A DNA stretch of 64,000 bases from an uncultured Acidobacteriota bacterium. GTDB taxonomy: Bacteria; Acidobacteriota; Vicinamibacteria; Fen-336. Under the pieces are notes generated by a model. The model had not been told where the DNA came from. It made no database searches and saw only the letters and a list, made by a program, of their open reading frames with translations. The translations under genes were made by a program, and so were the position numbers. Shown piece after piece: positions 1-10,420 of the stretch. The stretch spans positions 134,284 to 198,283 of the forward strand of contig CAVRVE010000004.1 in NCBI GenBank assembly GCA_963724555.1, written 5' to 3'. How positions within the stretch are numbered: the first letter of the stretch is position 1; each line of letters begins with the position of its first letter.

Positions 1-985
1 TCCTGCTTCGCCACCTCGATCGCGCGCATCGAGACCGTGGCGCGGCTCGCGGCCGAGGCGGGCCGCCCGGTCGCGTTCCTCGGCCGCCGCATGGTGGACA
101 ACGCCGAGACCGCGCTGGAGCTGGGCCTCTTGCGGCTGCCGGGCGTGACGCGGATCGATCCGGCGTCGCTGCGCGACGGCTTCGCCTCGCGCGCGCTCGT
201 CTTCGTCTCGGGCAGCCAGGGCGAGCCGCTGTCGGCGCTGTCGACGATCAGCCACGGCGAGCACCGCGACCTCTCGGCCGGCCCCGGCGACACCGTCGTG
301 CTGTCCGCGCGGGCGATCCCGGGCAACGAGCGCGGCGTCTCGCGCCTCATCAGCAACCTGTTCCGCCTCGGCTGCGACGTCGTCCACCCGGGCACCGCGA
401 AGGTCCACGTCTCGGGCCACGGCAGCCGCGACGACCTCGTCGAGCTGCTGCTGCGCACGCGCCCGCGCTACCTGGTGCCCGTGCACGGCGAGTACCGCAT
501 GCTCGCCCAGCACCAGCGGCTCGCCGTGCAGGCGGGGCTTCCCGCCGACCGCGTGCTGCTGGCCGAGGACGGCGACGTGCTCTCGGTCTCGCGAGAGCGG
601 CGCGCGCCGCGAGGCCCGCGTCGAGGCCGGCCGCGTCCTGCTCGACCGCGGCGGCGCCTCGGAGATCGAGGACGTGGTGGTGCGCGACCGCCGCCACCTG
701 TCGTCCGAGGGCATCGTGGTGCCGATCGTCGTGATCGGCCGGCGCACCGGAAAGCTCGAGTCGCCGCCCGAGATCGTGACGCGCGGCATCGTGGACGACG
801 ACCACGCGCGCGAGCTGGCCGACGAGGCGGGCCGGCTGCTGGCCGGGGCGATCGACGGCCGCCCGGTCGAGGAGCGGCTCGACTCCGAGCTCACGCGCGA
901 GCGCGTGCGCGACGAGCTCCGGCGTTTCTTCAAGCGGCGCACGCAGCGCCGCCCGATGGTGATCCCCGTGGTGATGGAGGTCTAG
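1..985 (+). CDS. rnj: Ribonuclease J, C-terminal ~325 codons (5' end outside window); one frame break near 585-600
   Basis: Frame is open from base 1. Motifs VHVSGHGSRDDL and LVPVHGEYRM lie in track ORF 37..996. The conserved C-terminal domain (DVVVRDRRHLSSEGIVVPIVVIG...) continues in another frame (track ORF 674..985). Stop TAG 983-985. Confidence 0.8.
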
Positions 986-992
986 AGTCGCG

Positions 993-3381
993 ATGATTGC
1001 TGCCCACGCCGAAGCGAGATCGAACCGCGGTGCGGAGCTGCTGGGCCTCGTGGCCTTCGCGCTCGCGCTGATGCTGCTGATCGCGCTCGCCACCTTCGAC
1101 CCGCACGACCCCGCCCCGTTCTTCAAGGCGGGCGCCGACGGCTCCGCGCGCAACTTCATCGGGCCCTTCGGCGCGTTCCTGGCCGAGATGCTGATCCCGC
1201 AGCTGTTCGGGGTCGCGGCGCTGCTGCTGCCGCTCGCGCTCGGGCTCGCGGGCTGGAAGCTCTTCTGGTGCCGTCCGATCGAGGCGCCCTACACGAAGGC
1301 CGTCGGCAACGTCTGCCTGCTGCTGATGCTCGCGGCCCTGCTCGCGCTCACGTTCGGCACCGTGCCCTTCGAGGGCGAGCCGGTGCGCGCCGGCGGCGCG
1401 ACGGGCGAGCTGCTCGCCGCGCTGCTGGTCGCGGACTTCGGCCGCACCGGCGCCTACATCGTGGCCGCGACCGGCCTCTTCGTCGCGCTCATCCTCTCGA
1501 CGCAGTTCTCGTTCTCGGCGCTGCTCAAGGGCACGGGCGGCCGCCTCGGCGGGCGGCTGCGCGCGCTGCAGACCGCCTTCACGCACTACCGCGAGAGCCG
1601 GCGCAAGGAGAAGATGCGCCGCGAGGTGATCCGCAAGCACGCCGCCGCCCGCGAGGGCGTGAGCGGCCTGCCGCGGATCCGCCGCGTGGTCAAGGCGAAC
1701 GGCGAGGAGCTCGAAGCCGAGGCCGCCCTGAGCGAAGCCGAGCGCGAGGACGACCTCCCGCTGCAGGCCGCCACGATCACGGGCCGCCCCGCGCAGAAGC
1801 CGCTGCCCTTCGCCGGCGCCGACGGCGAAGGCGACGAGCCAGGCGTTTCGCCGACCGAGACGCAGCCCGTGCGCTCGCGCCGCCGCCGCGCGCAGGAGGC
1901 GGCCGCCGCCCCCTCCCCCGAAACGCGCGGCAGCTACACGCTGCCCCCGCTCACGATCCTGGACGCGGCCAAGGGCGGCGCCATCCTCGACAACGACCGC
2001 CTGCTCGAGCGCGGCAAGATCCTGCAGCTCAAGTCGGCCGAGTTCGGCGTGATGGGCACCGTGCGCGAGATCCACCCCGGGCCCGTCGTCACCACGTACG
2101 AGTTCAAGCCCGACGCCGGCGTCAAGTACTCGAAGATCGTCGGGCTCGCCGACGACCTCGCGCTCGCGCTCGAGGCCGAGTCGATCCGCATCGACCGCGT
2201 GAGCGGCAAGGGCAACGTCGGGATCGAGATCCCGAACGAGGTGCGCGAGACGATCTACCTGCGCGAGGTGATGGAGTCCGAGGTCTTCAAGCGCGCCTCG
2301 GGCCGCCTCACGCTCGGGCTCGGCAAGGCCGTCAACGGCGACGTCTGGGCGACCGACCTCGCGACCATGCCGCACCTGCTGATCGCCGGCTCGACCGGCA
2401 CCGGCAAGAGCGTCGGGCTCAACTGCATGATCGCGTCGATCCTGTTCCGCTCCACGCCGGACGAGGTGCGGATGATCCTGATCGACCCCAAGCGGCTCGA
2501 GCTCGGCGTGTACGAGGACATCCCGCACCTGCTGACGCCCGGTCGTCACCGACCCCAAGGTCGCCGCCAACGTGCTCAAGTGGGCGGTCGCCGAGATGGA
2601 GCGCCGCATCCGCATGCTGGCCTCGGAGGGCGTGCGCAACATCGAGCAGTTCAACAACATCATCCGCGCCGGCACCTCCGAGCGGGACGACGAGAACGGC
2701 GAGGAGCTGCGGCCGCTGCACTACGTGGTGATCGTGATCGACGAGCTCGCGGACCTGATGATGGTCTCCTCGCACGACGTCGAGGAGGCGATCACGCGGC
2801 TCGCGCAGATGGCGCGCGCGGTCGGGATCCACCTGATCCTCGCCACGCAGCGGCCCTCGGTCGACGTGATCACCGGCCTGATCAAGGCCAACTTCCCCTC
2901 GCGCATCTCGTTCCGCGTGGCCGCGCGCGTCGACAGCCGCACGATCCTCGACTCGATCGGCGCCGAGCAGCTGCTCGGCCGCGGCGACATGCTGTTCCTG
3001 CCGCCCGGCTCCGCGCGGCTGATCCGCGTGCACGGCGCCTACGTCACCGAGCACGAGATCGCCCGGCTCACGTCGTTCCTGCGCAAGCAGGGCCGTCCGA
3101 GCTACGACGACAACGTCGGCAAGCCCGAGAAGTCCAGCGAGACGGCCGAGGTGACCGACCGCGACGAGCTGTTCGACGAGGCCGCGCGCTTCGTGGTGCA
3201 GAGCGGCCAGGCCTCGACCAGCATGCTGCAGCGCCGCTTCCGGATCGGCTTCTCGCGCGCGGGAAGGCTCGTCGACATGATGGAGCGCGACGGCATCATC
3301 GGCCCGGCCGACGGCGCGAAGGCGCGCGAGATCCTGGTGGCGAAGGACTACTACCAGACGGTGGACAACTGGCAGCGTTGA
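993..3381 (+). CDS. ftsK: DNA translocase FtsK/SpoIIIE; one frame break at ~2541
   Basis: N-terminal TM helices, Walker A LIAGSTGTGKSV, gamma winged-helix QASTSMLQRRFRIGFSRAGRLVDMMERDGIIG. The conserved run HLLTP|VVTDPKVAANVLKWAV is split between track ORFs 993..3524 and 2572..3381 by one extra base around 2538-2542. ATG 993, stop TGA 3379-3381. Confidence 0.9.
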
Positions 3382-5374
3382 CCCGAGTCCGCAGGCCCCT
3401 CGCGGGGCTCGCCCTGGCCGCCGCCGCGGCGCTCGTGGCGGCGCCCGCCGCCGGCGCCGCCAGGAAGGGCGCGCCCGGCTCCGGCCGCGGCGCGCTCCTC
3501 CGCCGCACCGAGCTCGCGGCCTGACGCCGCGCTCTACGCCGAGGCGCAGGCGGCGGAGACGCGGCTGCGGGCGTCGGCGAAGCGGATGGCGCAGCGCTCG
3601 GAGTGGGAAGCCGTCGTGGTGCGCTACCGCAAGGTGGTCGCGCGCTATCCCCGCTCCGGCTACTGCGACAACGCGCTGCTCGCCGCCGGCTCGCTCTATC
3701 GCGAGATGGCCGAGCGCTTCCAGGCCCGGCAGTACCGCGACGACGCGCTCACGGCCTACCGCACGCTGGTGATGGAGTACCCCTCGAGCAGCCTGGGCGA
3801 CGACGCGCTCTGGTTCGCGGTCGAGGTGGCCCGCAAGGGCAGCGACCGCCGCAAGGTGGTCGAGACGGCGCGCGCCTACCTCGAGACCTACCCCGAGGGA
3901 GAACGGGCCGCCAAGGCCAAGGCGCTGCTGCGCGAGCGCGAGCCCGCGAGCCCGCTGCCCAAGACGCCGCCGCCGGGCCTCGCGCGCGTCTTCGACCTGC
4001 GCGCCTGGAGCGGCGAGGCCACGACGCGCGTCGTCGTCTACCTCGAGCGCAAGGTCGAGATCCAGTCCGACCGCGCCTACGGCCCCGACCGGCTCTGGGT
4101 GGACCTCGTCGGCACCCGGCTCCACCCGAACCTCGCCCAGCGCACGTTCCCCGTCGGCGACGGCCTGCTCGAGCAGGTGCGCATCGCGCAGAACCGGGAC
4201 GACGTCGTGCGCGTCGTGCTCGACTTCAAGGACGTCTGGGAGCACCAGGTCTTCCAGCTGGACGACCCGGTCCGGCTCGTGATCGACGTGCGCGGCCGCG
4301 CTCGCGCTGGAGCGCAGACGGCTACCGGACGCAGGCCCGAGGCCGGTGCGCCTGCCGTGCCACAGGCCGGATCCGGTGCCCTTCAGGAAGCGCCCACGCA
4401 ACGGGTCGACGCGATGCTGGAGCCCTCGCCGATCGGAGCGGCAGCCGCTCCGATCGACATCAAGGGCGTCGACCGTCTGCCTGGCGGCGCACCTCCGCCG
4501 ACGACTCGAACGGCGACCGGCGCTACCCCCGCCGCCCCCGCCGGCGGCGACCGTCGCCGCTCCGCCCGCGCCGACGCTCGCGGCGCCCGAGCCTCCGGCC
4601 GCCAACCGCGCCGGCAACTACAGCCTCGCCCGCCAGCTCGGCCTCACCGCGCGCCGGATCGTGATCGACGCCGGCCACGGAGGCCACGATCCCGGAACGA
4701 TCGGCCGCCGCGGGCTCCAGGAGAAGGACCTGGTGCTCGACGTGGCCCTGCGGCTCGAGCGCCTGGTCCGCCAGGAGCTCAGGACCGACGTGATCCTCAC
4801 CCGCTCGACCGACGTGTTCGTGCCGCTCGAGGAGCGCACGGCGATCGCGAACCAGAAGGAAGCCGACCTCTTCGTCTCGATCCACGCCAACGCCAGCCGC
4901 AACCCGACCGCGAGCGGGATCGAGACCTACTACCTGAACTTCGCCAAGAGCCCGCACGCCGAGCAGGTCGCGGCGCGCGAGAACGCGATCTCGCCGGCCA
5001 CGCTCAAGGACCTGCAGAACCTGGTGAAGGCGATCACGCTCAACAGCAAGATCGACGAGAGCCGCGACCTCGCGAGCTCGATCCAGGAGAGCATGGTGAG
5101 CGGCGCCGGCGAGCAGCACGAGGCGAACGACCGCGGCGTGCACACGGCGCCCTTCTACGTGCTGATCGGCGCCAACATGCCCGCGATCCTCGCCGAGATC
5201 GCCTTCGTGACCCACCCCGAGGACGAGAAGCGCCTCAAGACCCCGGAGTACCGCGAGCTCGTGGCGCGCAGCCTGCTGCGCGGCCTGCGCGGCTACCTCG
5301 AAGCCCTGGACCGCACGCCGTCTCGGCAATTGACCGATGCCGGCCGCCGGCCTACAGTGGCCCGAGGGCGATGA
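3378..5374 (+). CDS. amiC: N-acetylmuramoyl-L-alanine amidase with signal peptide, TPR/YbgF-like region and AMIN domain (AmiC-like); at least two frame breaks (~3470-3520, ~4490-4530)
   Basis: TTG 3378 overlaps the ftsK stop (TTGA) and opens a signal-like LAGLALAAAAALVAAPAAG. AMIN-like block RVFDLRAWSGEATTRVVVYLERKV...VRLVIDV. Amidase_3 motifs IVIDAGHGGHDPG, ADLFVSIHANA, FYVLIGANMPAILAEIAFVTHPEDE (track ORF 4346..5374). The pieces lie in three frames. Confidence 0.8.
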
Positions 5375-5604
5375 GTCACGGCGTCTTCCTCCTGCTCGAG
5401 CCGGCCGTCACCTGGATCAAGGTCCAGAAGCCCGTCTTCGACCTGACCGGGGTGGTGCTGGGCTCCTTCCGCCTGGCCGGCTTCCTGCTCTTCCTCGCGC
5501 TCGCGCTCGGGCTCCTCTTCGGGGCGGCGCTCGTACGCTCCCGTCGCCGCCAGCGGCAGACCCCGATCGAAGCCGTCTCGCTGCGACTCGACACCCGCGC
5601 CTGA
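5371..5604 (+). CDS. Small hydrophobic protein (77 aa), unknown function
   Basis: ATG 5371 overlaps the amidase stop (ATGA). Sequence MSHGVFLLLEPAVTWIKVQKPVFDLTGVVLGSFRLAGFLLFLALALGLLFGAALV has one clear TM helix followed by RSRRRQRQ. Confidence 0.4.
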   Translation: MSHGVFLLLEPAVTWIKVQKPVFDLTGVVLGSFRLAGFLLFLALALGLLFGAALVRSRRRQRQTPIEAVSLRLDTRA

Positions 5605-5629
5605 AGCCCCGGGCGGCGCCTCTCGATGC

Positions 5630-5675
5630 CGCACTGCGTTAGTTCTTGCCAACTATTGACGCAGTGCGTTATAGT
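5630..5675 (+). promoter_or_regulatory. Candidate phaR promoter (TTGCCA-18 nt-TATAGT) bracketed by two copies of GCA[C/G]TGCGTTA (candidate PhaR operator)
   Basis: TTGCCA 5646-5651, TATAGT 5670-5675. CGCACTGCGT (5630-5639) is the exact reverse complement of ACGCAGTGCG (5659-5668). The 11-mers GCACTGCGTTA (5631-5641) and GCAGTGCGTTA (5661-5671) are 30 bp apart. The GTG start lies 6 nt after the -10. Confidence 0.4.
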
Positions 5676-5681
5676 GGCCGC

Positions 5682-6302
5682 GTGACCCGGAAGGACGCCC
5701 CGCGCACGATCAAGCGCTACGGCAACCGCAAGCTCTACGACGCGGCCGCGGGCCGCTACGTGACGCTCGCCGAGCTCGCGGCTCTCGTCGCCCGGGGCCA
5801 GGAGGTCGAGGTCCTCGACCAGAAGACGGGCGACGACCTCACCAACCTGACGCTGGCGCAGGCGCTGCTCGACGGCATCCGCCAGGGCGCGAGCCGCCTC
5901 CCCCGCCAGGTGCTGACGCGGCTCATCCGGATCGCCGCCGCGCCGAAGGCGCTCGGCGGTGAGTGGCCCGGGCCCGAGGAGGCGGCCGGCCGCGCCCGCA
6001 GCGAGGCCGAGCGGCTCGTCGCGGGCCTGCTCGGGCGCGGGCGGCTGAGCCTCGACGACGCCGTCGCCCTGCGCCACGAGCTCGGCCAGCTCGTGCATCG
6101 CCTGGTGAGCGACGCCCAGTCCGGCGTCGAGTCGCGGCTGCGCGGCCTGCTCTCGCGCGGCGAGGAAGCCGCGGAGCGCTCGATCGGCGCGCTGCGCGGA
6201 CGGATCGAGGCCTACATGGAGCCGGAAGCGCCGAAGAAGGCCGCACGCCCGAAGAAGACCGCACGCCGCCGCGGAGCCCGCTCCCGACGGCCACACAAGT
6301 GA
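5682..6302 (+). CDS. phaR: PHA synthesis repressor PhaR-like DNA-binding protein
   Basis: N-terminal PHB_acc_N-type motif RTIKRYGNRKLYDAAAGRYVTLAELAALV, basic Lys/Arg tail. GTG 5682 is preferred over the track start TTG 5646, which lies inside the candidate promoter. Intact. Confidence 0.75.
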   Translation: MTRKDAPRTIKRYGNRKLYDAAAGRYVTLAELAALVARGQEVEVLDQKTGDDLTNLTLAQALLDGIRQGASRLPRQVLTRLIRIAAAPKALGGEWPGPEEAAGRARSEAERLVAGLLGRGRLSLDDAVALRHELGQLVHRLVSDAQSGVESRLRGLLSRGEEAAERSIGALRGRIEAYMEPEAPKKAARPKKTARRRGARSRRPHK

Positions 6303-6313
6303 GGAGAAGCACG

Positions 6314-6728
6314 ATGGCACGCAAGAAGAGCCCGTACGCCCGCCCGCGCACGAGCGGCGACGCAGTTCGAGACGACCTGGAAGGACGCCCGGCAGGCCAT
6401 CCGCTCGGCGGAAGGCGTCCTTGGCAAGCGCGTGGCGGCGTTCGCCCGCCGCCGCGGCATCGACACGAAGCAGCTGGCGCACCGCGCCGAGCTCTGGAGG
6501 AGCCGCCTCGATCGCGAGGGCCGCAAGGCCCGCAAGCGCGTCGAGGTCCGGCTGGCCGAGCTTTCGAAGCGCGCGCACCAGGAGCGAAACGCCGTGGCGC
6601 GCGTGGCGGACGACGCCGTCGCCCGAGCGCTCGCCGCGCTCAACATCCCCACCCGCCGCGAGGTCCAGGAGCTGTCGCGCCGCGTGGGGCGGCTCTCGAG
6701 CCGGATCGACACCATCCGCGCCCGCTGA
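6314..6728 (+). CDS. Phasin-like (PhaF/PhaI-type granule-associated) coiled-coil protein; one frame break ~6330-6360
   Basis: GAGGAG (6301-6306) sits 7 nt before ATG 6314. The body is in track ORF 6432..6728 and ends ...ALNIPTRREVQELSRRVGRLSSRIDTIRAR, the motif typical of this phasin family. The frame that continues N-terminally (QFETTWKDARQAIRSAEGVLGKRVAAF) has no start of its own. Confidence 0.6.
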
Positions 6729-6742
6729 CGCGGCGGCCGCGA

Positions 6743-7967
6743 ATGCCGAACGCCTCCCGAGGACGGCGTGCGACGGCCGGGGCTCACCGCCCGTCGCGCG
6801 CGCGCCGCTCGAAGATAGCCCTCGTCTGCGCCGGAGGCGGCGTGACGGGAGCCGTCTACGAGATCGGCTGCCTGCGCGCGCTCGACGAGCTGCTGGGCGG
6901 CGAGCTCGGCGAGCTCGACCTGTACGTGGGCATCTCGGGCGGCGCGTTCGTGGCCTCGCTGCTCGCGGCGGGCGTCTCGCCGCGCGAGATGTACGACGAG
7001 GCGGTGCTCCCGAGCCGCGGCTCGCTGGGCGCCCCCTTCGCGGACCTCTTCCGCTGGAGCGCCCCCGACCTCGTAGGCCGCTTCGGCCGGGCGCCGCGCG
7101 TGCTGGCAGGTGCTTTGCGGACGAGCCTCTCCGGCGACGGGCGCGGCTGGAGCGACCTCGCCTGGTCGCTGTTCGAGCTGCTGCCGGCCGGCCTGCTCTC
7201 GACGGCGGGGATCCAGGAGTACCTGGAGCGCGTGTTCCGCGCGCGGCTCGGCGCCGACCGCTTCGCGCGGCTGCGGCGCGAGCTCAACGTGGTCGCCGTC
7301 GACCTCGACAGCGGCGAGCCGGTCGCCTTCGGCCGCAAGCGCCACCGCGACGTCGCGATCTCGAAGGCGGTCGCGGCATCGACCGCGCTGCCGGGGCTCT
7401 ACCGGCCCGTCCGCATCCAGGGACGCGACTACGTGGACGGCGGCGTTCGCAAGACCGCGCACATCAACCTCGCGATCCAGTCCGGCGCCAGGCTCGTGAT
7501 CTGCATCAACCCGATCGTGCCGTACCTGAACGACACCGAGAACGGCGAGCTCGCCGGGCATCTGAGCAACCGCGGCGTGACCTGGGTGCTCGACCAGGTG
7601 ATGCGCATCATGCTGCACGGCCGCATGGCCTACGGCATGGAGCGCTACTCGCGCGAGCACCCCGAGGTCGACATCCTGCTGCTGCAGCCGACGCGCGACG
7701 ACATGCGCATGTTCGGCTACCACATCATGCGCACGAGCGCGCGGCGCGTGGTGGCGGAGCACGGCTATCGCACGGCGCTCGCGTTCTTCCGGGCGAACGC
7801 CGCCCGCCATCGCCGGCTGTTCGCGAAGCACGGGATCGCGCTGCGCGACCCGCGCCTGTGCGCCCGACGAGCCGGTGCCCCGCGCTCGCGCCGCTCGCGG
7901 CTCGCGCGCACGCTCGAGGCCGCGCTCGACCGGCTGGAGTCGCGGCTCTCCGGCGCGCCGCTCCTAG
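6743..7967 (+). CDS. Patatin-like phospholipase; 3' end uncertain
   Basis: KIALVCAGGGVTGAVYEIG (oxyanion GGGxxG), GISGGA (GxSxG nucleophile), DYVDGGV (DGG Asp). ATG 6743. The reading frame has no stop until 8344 (antisense of the next gene). The end is therefore placed at the TAG 7965-7967 in a neighbouring frame, which assumes a terminal frame break. Confidence 0.7.
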
Positions 7968-8998
7968 CCGAACCAGATCGAGCGGCGCCGCGCGAGGCGC
8001 CCGTCGACCATCCGCTGGATCGTCTCCCGCACGCTCTCGGCGATGCGGTTCACCAGGATCGGGTCCTCGGCTCCCTCCGGCCCGTGCTCGCGCGAGGTCG
8101 ATCGGCTCGCCGAAGTCGATCGACCACTTCGTCGGCAGCGGCAGCGAGCCCGAGCGGCCCGAGCCAGGGGAAGGTCGGCGTCAGCGGGAAGTACGGCAGG
8201 CCGAACGGGCGGCCGAGCCAGTCGGCCTTCCCCAGCACCGGGTGGATCTCCTCGGCGCCGACGATCGCGCACGGGATGATCGGCGTCCCGGTGCGCAGCG
8301 CCACGCGCACGAAGCCGCCGCGGCCGAAGCGCGCGAGCTTGTAGCGCTCGCGGAAGCGCTTGCCGACGCCCTTGACGCCCTCGGGAAAGACGCCCAGCAG
8401 CTCGCCCTCGCGCAGCAGGCGCTCGGCGTTCTCGGGGCTCGCGCGGACCGATCCGGACTTGCTGAGCATCGGCGCCAGCATCGGCAGCAGCGCGAACATG
8501 TCGAGCGCCAGCATGCGGCAGAGCCGCCGCGCCGGGTGCTCGTGCTTGATCGCGAGCTGCACCATGAGCGCCGTCGTAGGGCAGGACACCCGAGTGGTTC
8601 GCCACGACCAGCCCGGCCCCGCGCGCCGGCACGTGCTCGGTGCCCGTGGCCTCGACGCGCCACCACATCGCGTAGAGGAACTCGAGGAAGGGCTCCAGCG
8701 TCTCGGCGAAGCGCGCATCGGCGCCGTAGGCGTCCGTCTCCTCGGAATGCCAGGCGAAGTAGAGCGCGCGCTGAAGCCGGCCGAGGCTCGCCCAGTCGAG
8801 TGCGCCCGCGCCCGAGCTCACGGCGCGCGCGAGCGCCACCAGGAGGCTGTCCGCGCGCTTCGCCTCACGCTCGCCGCGCAGCTCGCGCTCGAGCTCGTGG
8901 ACCCGCTGCTCGAGCGCGCCCGCCGCGGCCTTCGGCTTCGGCCGCGTCGCCTGCCGGCGCCCACGGGCGATCGGGACCACCTTTGCCGTCTCGCTCAT
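7964..8998 (-). CDS. Lysophospholipid/1-acyl-glycerol-3-phosphate acyltransferase family protein with N-terminal coiled-coil extension; two frame breaks (~8575, ~8130)
   Basis: GLVVANHSGVLPYDG then (other frame, track ORF 8050..8718) LGVFPEGVKGVGKRFRERYKLARFGRGGFVRVALRTGTPIIPCAIVGAEE. C-terminus returns to track ORF 7964..9220 (...ILVNRIAESVRETIQRMVDGRL). ATG 8998 overlaps the upstream stop (ATGA). Confidence 0.75.
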   Translation of the reverse strand: MSETAKVVPIARGRRQATRPKPKAAAGALEQRVHELERELRGEREAKRADSLLVALARAVSSGAGALDWASLGRLQRALYFAWHSEETDAYGADARFAETLEPFLEFLYAMWWRVEATGTEHVPARGAGLVVANHSGVLPYDGAHGAARDQARAPGAAALPHAGARHVRAAADAGADAQQVRIGPREPRERRAPAARGRAAGRLSRGRQGRRQALPRALQARALRPRRLRARGAAHRDADHPVRDRRRRGDPPGAGEGRLARPPVRPAVLPADADLPLARAARARCRCRRSGRSTSASRSTSREHGPEGAEDPILVNRIAESVRETIQRMVDGRLARRRSIWFG

Positions 8999-10011
8999 GC
9001 GCCGAGCTCGCGCGCGTCGGCCTCGGACACCGCGGGCTTTTCGGGAGCCGGTCGGCGCGCCTCGGGATAGCGATAGGCCAGGAACGCCTCGAGCGCCTCG
9101 CGGCTCGAATGGCGCGCCTCGAAGCCGAGCGTCCTCCGCGCCTTCGCGCCGTCCGCCACGAACGGGAAGCGCGCGTAGTCGAGGAAGCCGCCGGGCGCCT
9201 CTCCCACACCCGCGCCCCACCAGAGCTCCGCGAGCGGATAGGCGGCCGGGTGCGGCACGGGCAGCGTCACCTTGTCGGCCAGGTGGAGCGCGGTCAGGAG
9301 CGTCATCGCCGTCCGCGGCACGACGTTCACGACCTGCGCCGGCCCGTGCTCGAGCGCGAGCATCGCCGCGTCGAGCGCGTCGTCGGGATGAAGCAGCTGC
9401 AGCAGCGGGTCGTAGCCGAGCAGCACGGCCACCGCGCGCTTGCTCAGCAGACGCGTGTAGAAGGTATGGACACCCGGGCCGAGCAGCGTCGCGAAGCGCA
9501 GCACGGTCACGCCGAGGCCGGGGTAGCGGCGCGCGAACGAGAACGCGTGCTCCTCCGCCTCCGCCTTGTCGCGCAGCCAGCCGAGGCGCGAGCCCGAGTC
9601 CGGCCGCTTCTCCTCGGTGAGGAAGCTCGGGTTCTGCCCGCGCGCGCCGTAGACGGCCGTGAACGAGCGCATCACCAGGTGCCGCACGCCGGCAGCCGCG
9701 GCGGCCGCCGCGAGGTGGAGCGTGCCGATCGACTCGAGCTCGTGCGCGTAGCTGGTGTCGCGCCGCGGCGTCGTGAAGAACGCGGCGTGGAACACCGTGT
9801 CGACACCCTCCTCGCGGAACACCTCCACGAGCCTGCGGTCCGCGCCCGGCAGCGTCAGGTCCAGCATGCGGTGGCGCACGCCCGGGAGCGTCGTCGGCGG
9901 AGGCGTGATGTCGACGGCCAGCACCGCGTCCGCGCCGCGCGCCGCGACCAGCCGGCGCAGCAGCCGCCCGCCCAGGAACGAAGCCGTCCCGGTGAGCGCG
10001 ATCCGCGCCAC
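8995..10011 (-). CDS. NAD-dependent epimerase/dehydratase family (extended SDR) protein
   Basis: Intact 338-aa ORF. Rossmann motif IALTGTASFLGGRLL. GTG start 10011. Confidence 0.75.
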   Translation of the reverse strand: MARIALTGTASFLGGRLLRRLVAARGADAVLAVDITPPPTTLPGVRHRMLDLTLPGADRRLVEVFREEGVDTVFHAAFFTTPRRDTSYAHELESIGTLHLAAAAAAAGVRHLVMRSFTAVYGARGQNPSFLTEEKRPDSGSRLGWLRDKAEAEEHAFSFARRYPGLGVTVLRFATLLGPGVHTFYTRLLSKRAVAVLLGYDPLLQLLHPDDALDAAMLALEHGPAQVVNVVPRTAMTLLTALHLADKVTLPVPHPAAYPLAELWWGAGVGEAPGGFLDYARFPFVADGAKARRTLGFEARHSSREALEAFLAYRYPEARRPAPEKPAVSEADARELGA

Positions 10012-10015
10012 GCGG

Positions 10016-10334
10016 CTACCCGGCCGCCTTGCGCGACGGCTTGCGAGCCTTCTTGCGGCTCGACGCGGCCTTGGGACGAGCGCGCGCTGCGCGCCGCGAG
10101 CTGCTTCTCGAGCGCGTCGATGCGCGCGACGGCACGCTTCAGCTCGCTGCGCGTCGGCACGTTCATCTGCCGGAGCACCCGCCCCACCGCCTCCTCGAGC
10201 TTCTCCTTGCCGCGCATCGCGCCGGCCACGGCCTGCATGAAGCGGGGGTTCTGGCTGAGCTCGGCCGAGACCTGCGTGAGGTACTCCTGGCCGCGCTCGC
10301 GCAGGCGGTTCAGAAAGCCGGTGTCTTCTGACAT
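10016..10334 (-). CDS. Small coiled-coil protein with phasin-type motif; one frame break ~10075
   Basis: AAGGGAG RBS 6 nt before ATG 10334. Sequence MSEDTGFLNRLRERGQEYLTQVSAELSQNPRFMQAVAGAMRGKEKLEEAVGRVLRQMNVPTRSELKRAVARIDALEKQL. A Lys-rich tail RPKAASSRKKARKPSRKAAG* in the adjacent frame ends at TAG 10016-10018, just before the epimerase start. Confidence 0.55.
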
Positions 10335-10420
10335 GCGGGGCTCCCTTCTGCCGGCGCCACGCGCAACGGCCGGCGGCAGGCCCGAGGATACGCCGCGCCC
10401 GCGGCGCGCGCCAGCCGCGC

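Noticed and set aside
5646-5681. Track start TTG 5646 for phaR
   Set aside because: It would place 12 extra codons over the candidate -35/-10 elements. PhaR homologues begin only a few residues before the IKKY/IKRY motif, which favours GTG 5682.
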